This document shows positions 60,301 through 64,000 of a stretch of 64,000 nt of DNA, one piece after another. The notes under the pieces were generated by a model. It saw only the letters and a program-made list of their open reading frames with translations, was not told the origin of the DNA and searched no databases. Source of the DNA: Tubiluchus corallicola (Eukaryota; Animalia; Priapulida). Position numbers and translations under genes: made by a program. How positions within the stretch are numbered: position 1 is the stretch's first letter; each line of letters starts with the position of its first letter. The stretch is from positions 300,241 through 364,240 of the forward strand of contig JAQGDQ010000183.1 of the NCBI GenBank assembly GCA_030141605.1. The letters run 5' to 3'.

Positions 60301-63300
60301 CCATAGAACAGATCATGAAGTTTGCCGTATTAGAACATGCCATTTATTGTTTTCCATACAACTGATGATAAAATTTAGTATTAGAACATGATGCCCATTG
60401 TTTCTCATGCAACAGACATAAAATTTGTAATAGAACAATCTCGCCCATTGTTCGCATCATAGTTTGCTGTAGTCTAGCCATCTCTGTCTGAACTTGTGGG
60501 CATTTAAATATGTGATTTTCATTACAGGGAGTCAGATTTTCTGAACTTGAATAACTCTGATTAACAAACTTGAAGAACTTGATTAATTTTTTATATATAA
60601 TATCTGATGTTGAGGACTTTATTATCAATTTAATTTAATTTTTTTAAATACTTGAGAAACTAGGGGTTTGTTCTTAATTGCACAGATGTTTATAGTGTAA
60701 TGAGGGCGTCACAGGTTACGTAACTTCAATAGGTAGTGGAGGCCTGGAAGTGAATGGAGACACTGCAGGCCTGTTCTGAAAACATGTGTAAAAATTTTAC
60801 ACAAACCGAAACATGTTGTATTTCAACTTTGTAGTTGTTTGCTTATTATTAGCGTGCTTGCTTAGCAAAGTGGTTTATAAGTTGGCAATTAAGCTTTTCT
60901 AGTTATTCACATATCCTGAATCTCCATTTCATGAGGATCATTTTGATACCAAGTTCATCACTCCATGTTATTTCTAAACTGAGATAATCCAGGTTGAAGT
61001 TGAGGTTCAGGCTGCACAGTGAAAAACATAATCTTGAGAAAAATTGCTATTGAAGTCAGCCAATGTTTTTTTTGTTGCTTTTCTACAAAACACTTAGCAA
61101 CCGCATGAAAGGTTGGTTGCTATGGACTTTGCAGGAACACACTGAAGTTATGTTGAAATCCAATAGATGGCTCTTTCTGACAAATATCTGGGCTTGGCAA
61201 CAGAAAAAAACCGAAGCAAAATGACTGCTTCCACGAGCTACTATTAGCATTTGAAAATGCAAGATTTTTACAGTTGCAGTACTAGTTTCTAGACAGAAAA
61301 GTAGGCACAGGGTTATAAAATCAGATTTTTACTATTTGTTGAATTATTTTTTTGATATTTTGAAGCTAGAATATAAAATTCCAATATATTTAGTATCAGT
61401 GTCTATCAAAAACAAAAAAATGACATTTTACCAAATTTTCATTGCATTCTGGTTTGAAGCATCGTTGTTTTAACTATGCCGACTTAAGGATGATTTTGCA
61501 ATGCAAGCAACACATTTGCATTCATTAAACAGAAATTTAATGTTACGACTTTCTTTTTATTATACCTGCAAGGTAAAAATGTGATACTTTTGTAGAGAAC
61601 AACGTCACGGCAAGACAGTTGCGATATTTTAATGAAATCTTCAACATCTTCCCCGTTTCATTGTTGGAGTTTAATCAGACGGAGACGGAGAGCCTGCAGC
61701 AGTGGATTGATGGACTCAACGTGACGAAATTTATCCGTGAATCCGCCCACCAGTGTGAAAGCTTCGTTGTCAGCTGCTGGTTTGCAGGTGAGAAAGTAGC
61801 TTAAGTTGTACTTCACTTCAGTATGTACACACACAAACTGTTGCATATTTTGAAGATAGTAGTGAGCAATTGTTGAAATGAAATCAGAAGATACAAGAAA
61901 GGTTGTGTGAAGTCTGTGGGTTTCAACAAAACTCGCATTCGTAAAAAGTCGTAATTAGATGTCACTTTTTTAAGTTAAGTAATCCTTTTTGGTTGCTTAT
62001 TAGATTGGCAAGATAAGATATGATGATATAATAAACTTTATCCTACTTTGCGGTAATCATACGTAATTAATTTCATAAGCTGAACATTAAAATAATCACT
62101 ACTATAAACATACGAAATAAAAACATGTGAAACAACAACATGTGAAACAATGACATGTGAAACAATGACATGTGAAACAAAGACATGTGAAACACAACAT
62201 GTAAAACAATATGTGAAACAATGATATGTGAAACAATGATATGTGAAACAATGATATGTGAAACAATGACATGTGAAACAATGATATGTGAAACAACAAC
62301 ATGTGAAACAATATGTGAAACAATGACATGTGAAACGATATGTGAAACAACGTGAAAGAACGATATGTGAAACAACAACCTCTGAAACAACAACAGAATC
62401 TATTGGTCCAATTTATTTAGCGTTTGTTTTTATATAAAAAAATTTGACGCTTGACAAAATTTTTGATGCATTGACGCATCATAACGTAGTTTTAACTACG
62501 CCGACTTATGAACGGTTTTGGTTTGCAAGCTCACAAATATCAATAAGTATGTGAAATATGCAACTTACACAAAAACATTTTGGGCCTTCTTAAGGTAGCT
62601 GGTTGTTGTGTTGATTATAATTATTATCGAATGTAATTCTCTAAAATGAGACGCTTATTGAACAGTGGCATATTATTTACACCTGGATGTGCATTGTGCA
62701 TTCCTCCTTAACATAATATGGTGTAATGTGACATTTGAAACTGCTAAAAAGCAGTCATCTATTTACAGATCAGGCTCACTATTGCTTAATTTCATTTGCC
62801 AAGCACACACCCTGGTCTCTTAGCAACCACAAGTCGCCAGGTTTCTCTCCCGTTTTGCAACTGTTACTTTGACGATGCATCTTTTCTCACTTCTGAGTTA
62901 AACTTCCTACATTTAGGAACGGAGTTTAACTGCTGTGAAGATGCAGAGGCTGCGATTACGGAAATCGGTGTTTGCTGGACATTAGGGGTCAATGGAGCTG
63001 AGGACAGCAGTCGTCACAGCAGGTTTGAGCAAACGTTTCCCTCTACCGGTGCAGGAATGACTGTCTTACTTAATCTACAGTTATACGAATATACCGGTAA
63101 GCTTCGATACTTTCTGTAGCATTCTTCTTGTAAATGCTTTTAGTTTATTCACAGAAGATCATATTAACTCCCTCGGGTAGCTGCCTTAGGAACTAATGAT
63201 CTTGTTGAAGTTGTTATTTTTCGGAAAGGATGAATTTAACTATGTTGCTAACTGTAAAATATTCCAATGCATAGATGACTTTATATTACGTACTAAACGC

Positions 63301-64000
63301 TTCCAGTAGTTTCTATCTGATATGAAATGTGTCAGTCTTAAATATTTGTATATTAATATTTTCTAACCGTCATTTTCTACTAATGTCTAATGTAATCTTG
63401 TAGTAAAACTTGTTAGCTTGTGTAGTTATAGTCTATTCTTACTGTGAATGTTACTAATGTCTACTGTAATCTTGTAGTAAAACTTGTCAGCTTATGTAGT
63501 TATAGTCAATTCTTACTGTAAATGTTACTAATGTCTAATGTAATCCTGTAGTAAAACTTGTCAGCTTGTTTAGTTATAGTCTATTCTTACTGTAAATGTT
63601 TTTGTAAATAGTGTATAAAGTCTGTTGTGGTGAGGATCCTAAATCATGTTGTTCAAACTGTCTGATCCAATCCTATCATAAATTATGTTTGAATTAACTC
63701 CATCGGGACTGCATTATTCAAAATAGATCTTATAAGACCCATGACTTTTCTGCTACTGTATGAGCACAGACATAACTAAATGGTACTGTTTGATTCAGGA
63801 GAATCTCCGCTATCCAATCATGTTATTTGTTTAAACATCCATAAGCCACTTATTCTGGTTGATCTAAATAACTCTCATTATTTCTCATTGTAGATTTCTA
63901 CATTCCCGGAGCCTCGATGGACTTGGGGGCGAAAGTAAACCTGCATGAGCCGAACGCCCCGACCAGCGTCGACTCTCAAGGCGTGGCTCTTCTACCCGGA
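51314..64000 (+). CDS. DEG/ENaC (ASIC-like) amiloride-sensitive sodium channel family gene, 3' partial
   Basis: Exons 51314-51971, 55655-55791, 59661-59763, 61596-61787, 62917-63096 and 63894->64000 splice in frame. Motifs: FFTSTTCHG (HG motif), TM1 KWFWIVAVCTAFAGLISQ, FPAVTICNFN, SCWFAG, TEIGVCWT, GMTVLLNLQ and GAKVNLHEP...GVALLPG. Confidence 0.92.
52525..53020 (-). mobile_element. 3' fragment of a CR1/L2-group LINE
   Basis: Minus frame TYGKKSFSYYGATLWNELPNCLRMAENLGEFKR, with a (TATCT)n tail at ~52527-52543. Confidence 0.7.
53272..53753. mobile_element. hAT-like MITE family B, second copy
   Basis: Same TIRs and internal sequence as 1979-2412. Confidence 0.85.
54085..54772. mobile_element. 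hAT-like MITE family I
   Basis: TIR CAGG(C/G)TGCATAAGATTATGG with 8-bp TSD attatgca. Confidence 0.88.
55025..55627. mobile_element. Family G element, second copy, ending 27 bp upstream of a channel exon
   Basis: Colinear with 41686-42296 and TTAA-flanked. Confidence 0.75.
55762..55954 (+). repeat. 65-bp triplication spanning an exon end and splice donor
   Basis: Units start at 55762, 55827 and 55892. Confidence 0.95.
56119..56599. mobile_element. hAT-like MITE family I, inverted copy
   Basis: Reverse complement of 54085-54772 with an internal deletion. 8-bp TSD agtatagg. Confidence 0.88.
56704..57165. repeat. 116-bp tandem repeat, 4 copies
   Basis: cagtgacctttgtccat recurs at 56704, 56820, 56936 and 57052. 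Confidence 0.95.
58127..58697 (-). mobile_element. 5S rRNA-derived SINE (SINE3-type) with RTE-like body and tail
   Basis: Complete 5S head, ~430-nt body, 3' end CCATTGTCTTCCGAAACAGAAGGATGC followed by (CAA)n. Flanking near-identical direct repeats accttcatgc (58117-58126) and acctttatgc (58698-58707). Confidence 0.8.
58578..58697 (-). rRNA. 5S rRNA sequence (120 nt), forming the head of the SINE; probably not an array gene
   Basis: Reverse complement reads GATTACGGCCAAATCACGTTGAAAACACCGGTTCTCGTCTGATCACCGAACTTAAGCAACG...GTTAGTACTTGGATGGGTGACCGCCTAGGAATACCAGGTGCTGTAGGCTT. No oligo-T terminator follows. Confidence 0.9.
58838..59463. mobile_element. Non-autonomous DNA transposon family H, second copy
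   Basis: Same TIRs and interior as 15201-15880. Confidence 0.8.
59884..60452. repeat. 50-bp minisatellite, ~11 copies, decaying rightwards
   Basis: Unit cattgtttctcatacaacagaccatagaatttgtattagaacatggtgcc. Confidence 0.92.
62124..62395. repeat. 12-15-bp minisatellite
   Basis: Repeated atgtgaaacaatga(c/t). Confidence 0.92.
63378..63600. repeat. 74-bp tandem repeat, 3 copies
   Basis: tactaatgtcta recurs at 63378, 63452 and 63526. Confidence 0.92.

Noticed and set aside
62073-62393. His/Val/Ile-rich ORFs
   Set aside because: Translations of the 12-15-bp minisatellite in a channel intron.

Overview
This is eukaryotic (invertebrate animal) genomic DNA, AT-rich and dense in repeats. All calls were made by eye, without database searches. 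It holds four genes. (1) A minus-strand gene (~185-26660) with at least 16 exons encodes a single-pass receptor: 5 WSC domains, 4 fibronectin type-III domains, a transmembrane helix and a juxtamembrane region resembling receptor tyrosine phosphatases. Its 5' exon is unresolved and its 3' end probably lies left of the window. (2) An intronless COP1/RFWD2 E3 ligase. (3) An SVOP MFS transporter with an uninterrupted CDS. (4) A plus-strand DEG/ENaC (ASIC-like) channel with six coding exons visible, running off the right edge. Introns and intergenic DNA carry several MITE families (hAT-, Tc1/Tigger- and Kolobok-like), LINE 3' fragments, a tRNA-derived SINE and many minisatellites. The most interesting observations are the WSC-FN3-(putative PTP) receptor architecture, a SINE-like element made of a full 5S rRNA head with an RTE-type tail and target-site duplication, a triplicated exon end in the channel gene that creates in-frame candidate microexons, and an intron filled by two satellites that abut the splice sites.
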